24,837 bases of DNA. Source: Chlamydiales bacterium (GTDB taxonomy: Bacteria > Chlamydiota > Chlamydiia > Chlamydiales > JBDQID01). A program made the translations under genes and the position numbers. The DNA lies in the NCBI GenBank assembly GCA_047611865.1, contig JBLFWS010000033.1, positions 1 through 24,837 on the forward strand, read 5' to 3'. This document shows, piece after piece, positions 1 to 9,020 of the stretch; the first letter of the stretch is position 1; each line of letters starts with the position of its first letter. The notes under the pieces were generated by a model. It was not told the origin of the DNA and did not search any database. It saw only the letters and a list, made by a program, of their open reading frames with translations.

Positions 1-70
1 CGGTGGTAAAATTTAATCATAAGCCTCTTGTAGACGCATGTTTTATGCAAAAACTCCCCAAAAGACTGAT

Positions 71-1078
71 TTATGCGCAAGCACTCCCACAAAGTTCTTC
101 AACTTTAGCTTTCATCGGAATGAGTCCCAGAATATCCATTAAGCGGTCATCTTCAGAAAGACCACAATTGTCTGTGGTTAGCAGTTTTTCTCCTGTATGG
201 ATGGAGTTTGCTCCTGCCATAAAGCAGAGACCTTGTTCAGCTATAGAAAAATGAACCCGTCCAGCAGAGAGACGTACCAAAGCATTTGGCATTACGACAC
301 GGGCTGTAGCTATCATTCGTACGAATTCCCATACAGGAATTGGCTTCCGGTCTTCAAGAGGAGTTCCTTTTACTGCAATGAGCGCATTTATCGGAACGGA
401 TTCGGGGTGTTCGGGCATTGTTGACAGGGTATGGAGGAGATCAATACGGTCATCATGAGTTTCACCCATGCCTAAGATTCCACCGCAACAAACGGACATT
501 CCCGCTTTGCGAATATTTTCCAAAGTTTTCAGCCTATCTTCATACTCACGAGTAGAGATGATCTTTTCGTAGTACTTGGCTCCCGTATCAAGGTTGTGAT
601 TGTATGCGTAGGTTCCTGCTTCTTTAAGACGTTTTGCCTGATCTTCGGTGAGCATCCCCATTGTGCAGCAGACTTCCATTCCCAGATCCCTTACAGAAGA
701 TACCACATCGAGGACATGGTCAAAATCCTTGCTATCGCGAACTTTCCTCCAGGCAGCACCCATGCAAAAGCGGCTGCTTCCAGCTTCTTTAGCTTTTTGG
801 GCCGCACCCATGACAGTCTCTTTATCAAGAATCTTTTGAGCATTAACACCCGTATGGTAACGAGCTGCTTGTGGGCAATACGCGCAGTCTTCAGGGCATC
901 CACCTGTCTTCACAGATAGAAGAGTACAAAGCTGTACCTCACCAGCTTTGTGATGTTCCTGATGGACAGCATTAGCACGAAACATCAGGGGAAGAAGAGG
1001 GGTGTTGTAGATTTCTGCTATTTCACTACGTGTCCAGTCTGTGCGGACAGCTTGACTTGTTCTTTCCATTATCATCAT
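71..1078 (-). CDS. bioB: Biotin synthase (radical SAM)
   Basis: CxxxCxxC motif in KTGGCPEDCAYCPQ; SRFCMGAAWR, YNHNLDT, VCCGGILGMGE, PESVPINAL, VRLSAGR and GANSI..GEKLLT are typical BioB motifs. Confidence 0.97.
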   Translation of the reverse strand: MMIMERTSQAVRTDWTRSEIAEIYNTPLLPLMFRANAVHQEHHKAGEVQLCTLLSVKTGGCPEDCAYCPQAARYHTGVNAQKILDKETVMGAAQKAKEAGSSRFCMGAAWRKVRDSKDFDHVLDVVSSVRDLGMEVCCTMGMLTEDQAKRLKEAGTYAYNHNLDTGAKYYEKIISTREYEDRLKTLENIRKAGMSVCCGGILGMGETHDDRIDLLHTLSTMPEHPESVPINALIAVKGTPLEDRKPIPVWEFVRMIATARVVMPNALVRLSAGRVHFSIAEQGLCFMAGANSIHTGEKLLTTDNCGLSEDDRLMDILGLIPMKAKVEELCGSACA

Positions 1079-1103
1079 CCAGAATTCAAGTTTTGGAGGA
1101 GCT

Positions 1104-1132
1104 AGGATGCCCTATGGAAATAAAAATTGCAA
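1104..1132 (-). promoter_or_regulatory. Possible sigma70-type promoter for bioB
   Basis: Minus strand TTGCAA-N17-CATCCT, ending about 25 nt upstream of the bioB start; the -10 is imperfect. Confidence 0.3.
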
Positions 1133-1336
1133 GGGGAGGTTTATGCTTATAATTAACTCATTTCGTAAAATGCCTGTTTATATTTACGACTTCTTATTAA
1201 AATACTTATTATAAGTTATATATTATTAATCTAAACTAAAACCACAAAGGGAATATCAAATATAAACAAAAAAAAAGAAAAAGGAAGAATTAAAATTTCT
1301 AGCCTAACAAGTGTACCTCTTACCGCAAAAACTACA

Positions 1337-1840
1337 ATGCCAGTTGATTCCAGACCACTACCCTCTACCACTGGAGAATCCGACGGTAGAACAATCTCAT
1401 TAAAAGAAGTTCCAAATAAGAAAAACATCGTTTCAAGAGTTGCCTCTACATTCGCGAAAACAGTTTGTACTATTGTCGGAGGTTCCATTTACGGAGCTGG
1501 CATGGCTGTTAATGGAGCAATTACAGCCGCCATCTGGCTACCCACTGCAGTTTGTGCTGGAGCCGGGGCTATTGTCGGAGGAATAATTGGTTCCGTACAA
1601 GGAAAAGAAGGAGCTAAAAGTGGCGCATTAGGTGGTGCAATGGGAATAGGCGCTATTCCATTTGTAGTCACTGCAATTCCAGCCTCCCTTACAGTATTGC
1701 CAAGATTTGTTATTGCGGTCCCCTCATTTATTGGGGCAGGTATATTAAAGGCCGGATTAGGCGATAAAGTTAATTTTGAAACTTTAACAAACGGCATCAT
1801 GGCATCGATCGCTGACTTTTACTTATATAGTAAAAAATAA
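1337..1840 (+). CDS. Hypothetical Gly/Ala-rich membrane protein (glycine-zipper-like)
   Basis: 167-aa ORF filling the bioB-purF gap and followed by a strong hairpin; hydrophilic Ser/Thr/Pro N-terminus, then a long hydrophobic GxxxG-rich region (AGAGAIVGGIIG, GALGGAMGIG). Confidence 0.7.
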   Translation: MPVDSRPLPSTTGESDGRTISLKEVPNKKNIVSRVASTFAKTVCTIVGGSIYGAGMAVNGAITAAIWLPTAVCAGAGAIVGGIIGSVQGKEGAKSGALGGAMGIGAIPFVVTAIPASLTVLPRFVIAVPSFIGAGILKAGLGDKVNFETLTNGIMASIADFYLYSKK

Positions 1841-1854
1841 AAAATGCACAATTT

Positions 1855-1887
1855 AACAGGGTGAAAAATCACCCTGTTTCTATTTTT
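1855..1887 (+). terminator. Intrinsic terminator hairpin between convergent genes
   Basis: Perfect 10-bp stem AACAGGGTGA (1855-1864) / TCACCCTGTT (1869-1878), AAAA loop, followed by TCTATTTTT on +; lies between the 3' ends of the 167-aa ORF and purF. Confidence 0.8.
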
Positions 1888-1908
1888 CCAAATCAGAATC
1901 TGAAAAAA

Positions 1909-3339
1909 TTACCTATGAGCTTTAAGCTTTTCCTCTTCAATCGCTTTAAAGAGATTTTCTGTCACTTTTGTGGGGTACTCTCCGGAAAAGCAAGCATCAC
2001 AGAAACTTTGACTATCGTAAAGAGCACGAAAATCATGGATTGAAGGGTAGATTAAGTTGTCTACTCCGATATATTCCTGAATTTCTTGATAGTTCATTTT
2101 AGCCGCTATCATCTCACTTTTGCGTGACATGTCTATACCGTAGACACAAGGGTGTTTAATCGGTGGGCAAGAAGAGACGAAGGTAATTTCTTTTGCTCCA
2201 GCATCTCGAAGTTGTTGTACAATATATTTCGACGTGGTGCCTCTGACAATGGAGTCATCGACTACAGCGAGGTGCTTACCCTCGATAACTGATTTAATAG
2301 GGTTAAGCTTACGCTTAACAATGGTCTCTCGCATTTCTTGGGTAGAGGAGATAAAACTTCTTTTTGCGTTGTTATTCTTAACCAGCCCTCTTTTATATGG
2401 AACCCCCAAAGCTTCTGCCAGTCCTTGAGCACAAAAGTATGCAGCTGAGGGTACATCAATGACAATATCGGGCTTGATATTCATTCTTTTGAATTTTTCT
2501 GCAATAGCTTTTCCCATCTTTTCCCTCTCCCCTGCTATTAGGCGACCATGAAGTATGGAGTCTTCTTTGGCAAAGTAGATGTATTCAAAGATACAGAAGG
2601 CTTGTTTGCGTCGATTACAAATTCTGGAGTGAACTTTTTTATTTTTATCGATAAATATCGCTTCACCGGGTTGCAGGTCGTGTACCACATCATATCCCAG
2701 GTGGTCAAAACATGAAGATTCAGATGCAAAGGCGAAAGATACTCCTTTGTCCGTTTCTTTTCTTCCGAGAAGAAGAGGCCTGATGCCATAAGGGTCCATG
2801 AAAGCCAGCATCCCTTGATTGGCTATCAAGGCAACTGTTGCATAGGCACCTTCCACCTGTTTCTGTATAGAACGAACACAATCGAAAATATCATCTACGG
2901 AAAGTTTATGGAGATCTTTCTTTCCAATTTCGATTGAAAGCATCTCAAGAATCAACTCTACATCGTTTGAGGTATTGATATGACGGTGGTGCTCTTCTGA
3001 CAAGGATTTTTTAAGCTGTTCGAAGTTCGTTACGTTCCCGTTATGTACCATAGCTATCCCATAGGGATAATGCACCGTAAAGGGTTGTGCGTCGGCAATA
3101 TCTGCCCTGCCCTGTGTGGAATAACGGATATGCCCAAGCCCTATATTACCTTTAAGAAGTTCAGCATCCTTTTCTGTGAAGACAGTGTTGGCAAGGCCTT
3201 CACCTTTTTTAATGTTAAACGTGTGATTCAGCGTAACTATACCCGCCATATCCTGACCACGATGTTGTAAGGTTGTCAGCCCATAGACCAGTTCTCCAAA
3301 GACATCTTCACAGCCACTAATACCAAAAACGCCGCACAC
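1909..3339 (-). CDS. purF: Amidophosphoribosyltransferase, [4Fe-4S]-type, no propeptide
   Basis: N-terminal nucleophile MCGVFG, LQHRGQD, GHIRYST, HNGN, PRPP loop VVDDSIVRGTT; four cluster-type Cys (FCIFEY, HPCVYG, FCDACF); GTG start overlaps the purN stop (TAGTG). Confidence 0.97.
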   Translation of the reverse strand: MCGVFGISGCEDVFGELVYGLTTLQHRGQDMAGIVTLNHTFNIKKGEGLANTVFTEKDAELLKGNIGLGHIRYSTQGRADIADAQPFTVHYPYGIAMVHNGNVTNFEQLKKSLSEEHHRHINTSNDVELILEMLSIEIGKKDLHKLSVDDIFDCVRSIQKQVEGAYATVALIANQGMLAFMDPYGIRPLLLGRKETDKGVSFAFASESSCFDHLGYDVVHDLQPGEAIFIDKNKKVHSRICNRRKQAFCIFEYIYFAKEDSILHGRLIAGEREKMGKAIAEKFKRMNIKPDIVIDVPSAAYFCAQGLAEALGVPYKRGLVKNNNAKRSFISSTQEMRETIVKRKLNPIKSVIEGKHLAVVDDSIVRGTTSKYIVQQLRDAGAKEITFVSSCPPIKHPCVYGIDMSRKSEMIAAKMNYQEIQEYIGVDNLIYPSIHDFRALYDSQSFCDACFSGEYPTKVTENLFKAIEEEKLKAHR

Positions 3340-3935
3340 TATAGACTCCCTACATTCAATCTAGATTTCGAAAAAAGTTTCTCTAAAACGGTACTGTAAA
3401 TTTGATTTTCCAATTGAAGACCCTTCTGAAGAGTATCTTCCAGGGTTTCCACGCCACGCAAGTCCAAGGCGACTTTTGCGATAACCTCTCCGGTATCTAT
3501 TCCCTCATCAACAAAATGAACGGTAATCTTTGTTTCTTCCAGACCTTGTTCAAAAGCCCACTGGTATCCATCTACACCTTGATGTTCGACGGTATCCGCT
3601 GGATGTATGTTAATGATTTTTTTGGGATAATGAGAAATAAAAGTTCCCGTGAGAATCCGCATAAACCCTGCCAAGACAATATACTCTGCAGAATAAGATG
3701 CTAGACAGATAAGCAGGTCTTCTTCAAATTTCTTTCTCGATTTCCCTTTCGATTCAATGTACTCCACAGGGATGCCCAGGCTCTCGGCAATGTCGAGTCC
3801 TGGAGCATCTCTCCTGTTTGAAATAACAACCGCCACCTCACAAAGACTTTGGAGGGAGCCAGCCAGAGTATTTCTGGCTATGGCTTCCATATTGCTCCCT
3901 CTTCCGGATATAAGGATCGCTATTCTTCTTTTCAT
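3339..3935 (-). CDS. purN: Phosphoribosylglycinamide formyltransferase
   Basis: ISGRGSNMEAI, LAGFMRIL, INIHP, TVHFVDEGIDTG; ATGA overlap with purD. Confidence 0.95.
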   Translation of the reverse strand: MKRRIAILISGRGSNMEAIARNTLAGSLQSLCEVAVVISNRRDAPGLDIAESLGIPVEYIESKGKSRKKFEEDLLICLASYSAEYIVLAGFMRILTGTFISHYPKKIINIHPADTVEHQGVDGYQWAFEQGLEETKITVHFVDEGIDTGEVIAKVALDLRGVETLEDTLQKGLQLENQIYSTVLEKLFSKSRLNVGSL

Positions 3936-5179
3936 ACAGACAGCAAACGTCCTCCGATATCCTTTCTGTAAAAAAGTCCATCGAAGTCAATCTTCGCGCA
4001 TTCTTCATAGATTTTCTGTACCGCTTCTTCCAAGCTTGCACCATGATCTACAAGGTCCAGCACACGACCGCCGTCTGTCAGGAATTTATCGCCTTCCAGC
4101 TTCGTGCCCGCATGAAACACCAAAGTCTCCGGTCGGAGATCCTCTAGGCCTTTAATCTCTTTACCTAGCTCATACTTGCCTGGATATCCACCAGATGCTA
4201 GTACTACCGTCACAAAATATCCTGGCTGATATTCTATTTCAAAATCTCTCAGTGTTCCATGAAAGCATGCCATGATCAAAGGTACGAGGTCACTTTTCAG
4301 TGCTGGGAGTATCACCTGAGCTTCAGGATCTCCAAAGCGCACGTTGTATTCTAATAACTTCGGTCCGGATTTTGTGATCATTACTCCGAAATAAATAATC
4401 CCGCAATAAGAAAGCCCTTCTTTTTTCAGTCCGTCAAGAGTGGGTTGGATGATTTTTTGATTAATGTCCTCTTCCAGGCCCGCACTCCAGAAAGGTACCG
4501 GGCAATAAGCTCCCATCCCCCCGGTGTTGGGACCTTTGTCCCCATCGAAAGCTCGTTTATGATCCTGCGAAGGACTAAGAAGTTTTACCACTTTGCCGTC
4601 TGTGATTCCTACAAGTGAAACCTCTTCTCCCTCGAGTCTCTCTTCTACGATCAATTCTACTTCTTCGCCGTATTGAGATTTAAGAGTTTCAAGAGCCGCA
4701 TCAACTTCTGTCATTTTATAACAGACGTGTACCCCTTTTCCACCAGCCAAGCCATCATATTTGATAACCACGTCTCCAGCACTCTCTTGAGATGCCTTTC
4801 TTGCTTCCGAGATACTTTTGCAGTGCTTATAAACTGCTGTGGCTACGCCGTACTTTTTCATGAAGTCTTTAGACCACACTTTTGAGCTTTCAAGGCGTGC
4901 CGCAGCTGAATTGGGTCCGAAGACATAAATCTCTTCATCTTTAAAGCTGTCGACAATTCCGTTTGCCAGAGGAACTTCTGGTCCCACGACTACCAAGTCT
5001 ATAGTGTTTTCACTACAAAACTTTTTTATCTCGTCGAAATCAGTGATATCTACTCCATAGCTATTCGCAAAACTTGGGTTACCCGGGAGGAGGAAAATCT
5101 CTGACTGTTCATTGGAAAGGCCAAGCTTCCATGTAAGGGCATGTTCTCTACCCCCACCGCCTATTACAACTATCCTCAT
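3932..5179 (-). CDS. purD: Phosphoribosylamine-glycine ligase
   Basis: GGGGREHAL, VVGPEVPL, LESSK, KYDGLAGGKGV, QDHKR, GPNTGGMGAY, LEYNVRFGDPE, GGRVL; ATGA overlap with purC/E. Confidence 0.97.
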   Translation of the reverse strand: MRIVVIGGGGREHALTWKLGLSNEQSEIFLLPGNPSFANSYGVDITDFDEIKKFCSENTIDLVVVGPEVPLANGIVDSFKDEEIYVFGPNSAAARLESSKVWSKDFMKKYGVATAVYKHCKSISEARKASQESAGDVVIKYDGLAGGKGVHVCYKMTEVDAALETLKSQYGEEVELIVEERLEGEEVSLVGITDGKVVKLLSPSQDHKRAFDGDKGPNTGGMGAYCPVPFWSAGLEEDINQKIIQPTLDGLKKEGLSYCGIIYFGVMITKSGPKLLEYNVRFGDPEAQVILPALKSDLVPLIMACFHGTLRDFEIEYQPGYFVTVVLASGGYPGKYELGKEIKGLEDLRPETLVFHAGTKLEGDKFLTDGGRVLDLVDHGASLEEAVQKIYEECAKIDFDGLFYRKDIGGRLLSV

Positions 5180-6579
5180 TGTGCTGCGTACTCCTCTGCT
5201 TTTTCTCTTAGTCTACGGTCTTCTTTATTCAATTCTGCTTTTACTTCCACGATCTCTTCTTGAAAGCGCTTTTTAAGTCTAGCTAAATTGAGACTTCGCA
5301 AAGCCATTTGTGCGGCGGCATCTGCTCCGATACATGTGGCAGCTGGAGCATTTGTCGGCATCATCAATGAAGAATTCAAGTTAATCATCATATCAACCTG
5401 ATCTTTAAAGGGTGGACAATTGATCACCGGAATCGCAAGGTTTGCTGAGAGAGCTCCCCCCAAACCGTTGGACCTTCCCGCTATGGCAATTACAGCCCCT
5501 GGTTCAACGGAGTTATTGTACTCCTCTGCCATAGGGATGATATCCTCACCATTTTTGTGGGCAGATACAACACGAAAATCTATCATCACATCGTATGCTT
5601 CGATTTCTTTTTTAATTTTCATGGCGTGATCTAGATCTCTTCTTGAAGCCATCACTATGGAGATGTAGCCATCTTTAATGATGTTCGAACGCTGCAAATT
5701 CTCAGACATTCTCCTGTGAATGTCTTCAGATTCTGTTCGTGGGCTTTCTCCCAAAAGTGCTTCATAAACCATGATATACCGACGGGAAGCCTCTTCAACA
5801 ACCTCCCTTGGCAAAGATGTCACCTTATCGCTGTTTGGCTGACTAAGGATCCACTGACGAACAAATTCCTTATCCAGGGAATATTCCTTAGACGAGTCCT
5901 TTTCATAGTGTTCCGCGCACCAGAAGCGTGAAGAGTCTGGAGTGTGTATCTCGTCAATCAGAATAAGTTTTCCATCGAGGAGACCAAACTCATATTTAGT
6001 ATCTACGAGGATAAGATTCTTTGAAGAACATAGTTCGTAACCGAAAGAAAAAAGTTTTGAGCTTACTGATACCATTTCCTCGTAATGCTCTTTACTTACC
6101 AAGCCACTAGCTACAATTTCTTCAGGAGTAATAGCTACGTCAACCACATCTTTTGTTGTGGGAGTAATGATGGGTTCCGGAAAAGGGTCGTTTCTTTGCA
6201 ATCCATCAGGAAGTGTTACCCCGGAAAAGCACCTATTGCCTTTCGAGTATTCGCGCCATATGGATCCTGTGAGATACTTTCGAACGATCATTTCCACGCG
6301 GATTGGCTCAGCTTCTCTTACTAGAGAAATATTCGGGTCTATAACTTCAAGGAGGTGGTTATCAATAATATGCCGTGTCTTATTAAGCCATGCACTTGCC
6401 AGCCCATTAAGAACTGCACCTTTATGAGGAATAGTATTTTTCATGATCCTGTCGAAACAGGAAACTCTGTCCGTCACAACGATCAATCTACTCTGATCAT
6501 CAACACGAAGGCTCTCCCTGACTTTACCACTATGGATTTTCTTCAGTTGAGGAGTCGAAAATTGTTTTATCGTATTCAT
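5176..6579 (-). CDS. purC: SAICAR synthetase (PurC) fused to a C-terminal class II-like AIR carboxylase (PurE)
   Basis: First ~300 aa: SGKVRE, TDRVSCFD, LVDTKYEFG, DEIHTPDSSRFW, LDKEFVR. C-terminal ~160 aa: VVSAHK, IAGRSNGLGG, PVINCPP. GAGGA RBS upstream. Confidence 0.92.
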   Translation of the reverse strand: MNTIKQFSTPQLKKIHSGKVRESLRVDDQSRLIVVTDRVSCFDRIMKNTIPHKGAVLNGLASAWLNKTRHIIDNHLLEVIDPNISLVREAEPIRVEMIVRKYLTGSIWREYSKGNRCFSGVTLPDGLQRNDPFPEPIITPTTKDVVDVAITPEEIVASGLVSKEHYEEMVSVSSKLFSFGYELCSSKNLILVDTKYEFGLLDGKLILIDEIHTPDSSRFWCAEHYEKDSSKEYSLDKEFVRQWILSQPNSDKVTSLPREVVEEASRRYIMVYEALLGESPRTESEDIHRRMSENLQRSNIIKDGYISIVMASRRDLDHAMKIKKEIEAYDVMIDFRVVSAHKNGEDIIPMAEEYNNSVEPGAVIAIAGRSNGLGGALSANLAIPVINCPPFKDQVDMMINLNSSLMMPTNAPAATCIGADAAAQMALRSLNLARLKKRFQEEIVEVKAELNKEDRRLREKAEEYAAQ

Positions 6580-6588
6580 GTTTTCCTC

Positions 6589-8193
6589 TTAATGTTTAAA
6601 ATGTCTTAAGCCTGTCATTACCATAGATATGCCACGTCTGTCGCATTCTGCTACTACTGCATCATCGCGGATGGATCCACCCGGCTGAAGAATAGATTTG
6701 ATACCATAATCCCCACAAACTTCCACGCTATCCGGGAAAGGGAAAAACGCCTCAGAAACCAATAAAGCTTGTCCCAATTCCTTTTTAATATAGGCTTCGA
6801 GATCCTCTGGCTTCCCAATGAACTCTTGTGACAAGTTCTCTCTACATTTTGCTACTGCCAACGACACTGACGTAAGGCGGTTGGGCTGTCCTGCTCCCAT
6901 CCCCAGCAATTGTAGCGTGCCTCCAGACTGTTGACGTACTACAACAATGGCGTTAGACTTCACCTGACGGACAGACTTGAGTCCGAACTCCATGAGCTCT
7001 CTGCTACAAGACTCTGCTTTCGTCTGTGTCACGCAGGTCAAGTCTTTAAATAATTCTTCGTCATTGTCCTGAAGGAGAAGAGAGCCTTTAAAATAGCGAA
7101 GTTCTCTAGTTTCCCCTTTCTCTTGCTGCTTAAATTTAACTAGCCGCAGGTTTTTATGTACCCGAAGTTTTTCCAACGCTTTTGGAGTAAATTCTGGTGC
7201 TACAATCACCTCGATAAATTTCCTCTGGCTTCTGTCTGGGTTAGATAGTTGGAAAAAGTCTACCGTATCTTCTTTTACTGCTTCATTAAAAGAAATTACC
7301 GATCCAAAGGCTGAAACAGGATCTCCTTGCCACGCCAACGCCAACGCCTCTGCCTGATCGTTACTTTCACTCAATCCACAGGGAGTATTATGTTTAATTA
7401 CGGCACATGCTGATTTCTGAAGATCTCTAAGTGCATCTATCGCACTGTTGATATCCATCAGGTTGTTAAAGGAGAGCTGCTTTCCGTGTAGAACATCCAT
7501 GTCATAAAGAGAGTTTTCTGCGTTCTTTTCTTTATAAAAAAAGGCTTTTTGGTGAGAGTTCTCTCCATATCGCAAAGGGACTCCCTCGGTAAAGGCTAGC
7601 CTTACTGAGTTCATTTCGCTTTCTCTGTCCATCGCTACAGCGATTGCAGCATCGTAGTCAGCCGTATAGTTAAAAGCTTTTCGCATCAGTTGTTTACGCG
7701 TCTTTTTACTTAGCTCTCCATTATTACTATCTAGTTCTTCGATAATAGTAGAGTAATCTTTAGGATCTGTTACAACAGCTACATGGGCAAAGTTTTTCGC
7801 TGCGGAACGAATCATAGTCGGCCCTCCGATATCGATGTTCTCAATCAAACAATCGAAATCGGCATTCTGCTTGTTAACCTTTTCAAAGGGGTAGCAGTTA
7901 CAAACCACAAGATCAATAGGTTCTATCCCAAATTTCTCTGCTTCTTCTGCATCTTTTTCTCTGTCGAAAAGTATGGCGGAAGATGTTTGAAAAGATAGAG
8001 TTTTGACCCTGCCTCCAAAAACTTCTGGATTCTTTGTTACTGTACTAATATCCCGTACTTGAACGCCCCCTTCCTTTAGAACACGCAGGGTACCTCCTGT
8101 AGAGATTATGTCACATCCAAGCCTTTGCAAAGTTTCTGCAAAAAGCACAATATCTGTTTTATCGCTTACACTAATGAGGGCTCTTTTGACCAT
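6589..8193 (-). CDS. purH: Bifunctional AICAR transformylase / IMP cyclohydrolase
   Basis: RALISVSDK, STGGT, GGRVKTL, ENIDIGGPTMIRSAAKN, LRYGENSHQ, KHNTPCG, GAGQPNR, QPGGSIRD, RHFKH. Confidence 0.97.
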   Translation of the reverse strand: MVKRALISVSDKTDIVLFAETLQRLGCDIISTGGTLRVLKEGGVQVRDISTVTKNPEVFGGRVKTLSFQTSSAILFDREKDAEEAEKFGIEPIDLVVCNCYPFEKVNKQNADFDCLIENIDIGGPTMIRSAAKNFAHVAVVTDPKDYSTIIEELDSNNGELSKKTRKQLMRKAFNYTADYDAAIAVAMDRESEMNSVRLAFTEGVPLRYGENSHQKAFFYKEKNAENSLYDMDVLHGKQLSFNNLMDINSAIDALRDLQKSACAVIKHNTPCGLSESNDQAEALALAWQGDPVSAFGSVISFNEAVKEDTVDFFQLSNPDRSQRKFIEVIVAPEFTPKALEKLRVHKNLRLVKFKQQEKGETRELRYFKGSLLLQDNDEELFKDLTCVTQTKAESCSRELMEFGLKSVRQVKSNAIVVVRQQSGGTLQLLGMGAGQPNRLTSVSLAVAKCRENLSQEFIGKPEDLEAYIKKELGQALLVSEAFFPFPDSVEVCGDYGIKSILQPGGSIRDDAVVAECDRRGISMVMTGLRHFKH

Positions 8194-9020
8194 TCGACTT
8201 TCCGTTTTTTAAGAAACTGAACCATATTCATAAAAAGCTGCAACCCTTCTCCATCCTGAGGATATTCCGGATTATTATGCAGTATCTGCCCCCATGCGGG
8301 GTGGTTATATATCGAGAGAAAGGCTTCTGGGTGAGGCATCATCCCAATTACTTGACCAGTCGTATTGCAAAGTCCTGCGCAATTCATAAAGGATCCGTTT
8401 GGATTCTGGGGATACTCATCTGTAGAGACGCCTCCCTTATCGCAGTACTCCATACAGATCAAACCCTTTTGGATAATTTCTCTGGCTACTTCAGGATCCT
8501 TTACGACGAGTTTTCCTTCAGCATGTCTTATTGGCAAGTCAATAACTCGACTTCTTCCCAAGATTTTATTGGCTGGTCCGTCTTTTATTTTACAACGAAC
8601 CCATCGATCTTCAAACTTACCCGAATCATTTCCAAAGAGAGAAATCTCTTGTTCGAATTGTAAGTCGAGTCCAGGAAGAAGCCCCAGAGACACCAGAGTT
8701 TGGAAACCATTGCATATCCCGAGGATGTATTTCCCCTTATCCAAGTATTCGTGTAGTTGATCGAAAAAAAGTTTTCCGGAGGGCAGCTTTCTATAGCGCA
8801 ATAAATTTGCCAACACTCGGCCAGCACCTAAATCATCTCCGAAGGAAAAGCCTCCGGGAAAGGCGATGATATCGTAATCAAAGATCGACTTTTCTTCTGA
8901 AAAGATATCTTTAAGATGTACTATTTCGGCTTCAGCTCCTGAAAGAGTAAATGCTGCTTGCGTTTCCTCTTCGCAGTTGATTCCAAAACCAGTTAGTACA
9001 AGGGCACGAACATTTTCCAT
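8166..9020 (-). CDS. purQ: FGAM synthase glutaminase subunit
   Basis: GFGINCEEE, FPGGFSFGDDL, catalytic GICNGFQ and MMPHPE; start placed at ATG 9020 (TAATG overlap with the purL stop, AAGGA RBS) rather than 9044. Confidence 0.95.
   Translation of the reverse strand: MENVRALVLTGFGINCEEETQAAFTLSGAEAEIVHLKDIFSEEKSIFDYDIIAFPGGFSFGDDLGAGRVLANLLRYRKLPSGKLFFDQLHEYLDKGKYILGICNGFQTLVSLGLLPGLDLQFEQEISLFGNDSGKFEDRWVRCKIKDGPANKILGRSRVIDLPIRHAEGKLVVKDPEVAREIIQKGLICMEYCDKGGVSTDEYPQNPNGSFMNCAGLCNTTGQVIGMMPHPEAFLSIYNHPAWGQILHNNPEYPQDGEGLQLFMNMVQFLKKRKVEWSKEPSLV

Noticed and set aside
1079..1200. BirA operator upstream of bioB; plus-strand TTGCAA...TATAAT promoter
   Set aside because: No TGTAAACC-N-GGTTTACA-like inverted repeat seen; the plus-strand spacing is only 15 nt
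1268..1276. Homopolymer A tracts (here and at 13386-13393, 17982-17989) as phase-variation sites
   Set aside because: Runs of 8-9 A are common in AT-rich DNA and no frameshifted gene is associated with them
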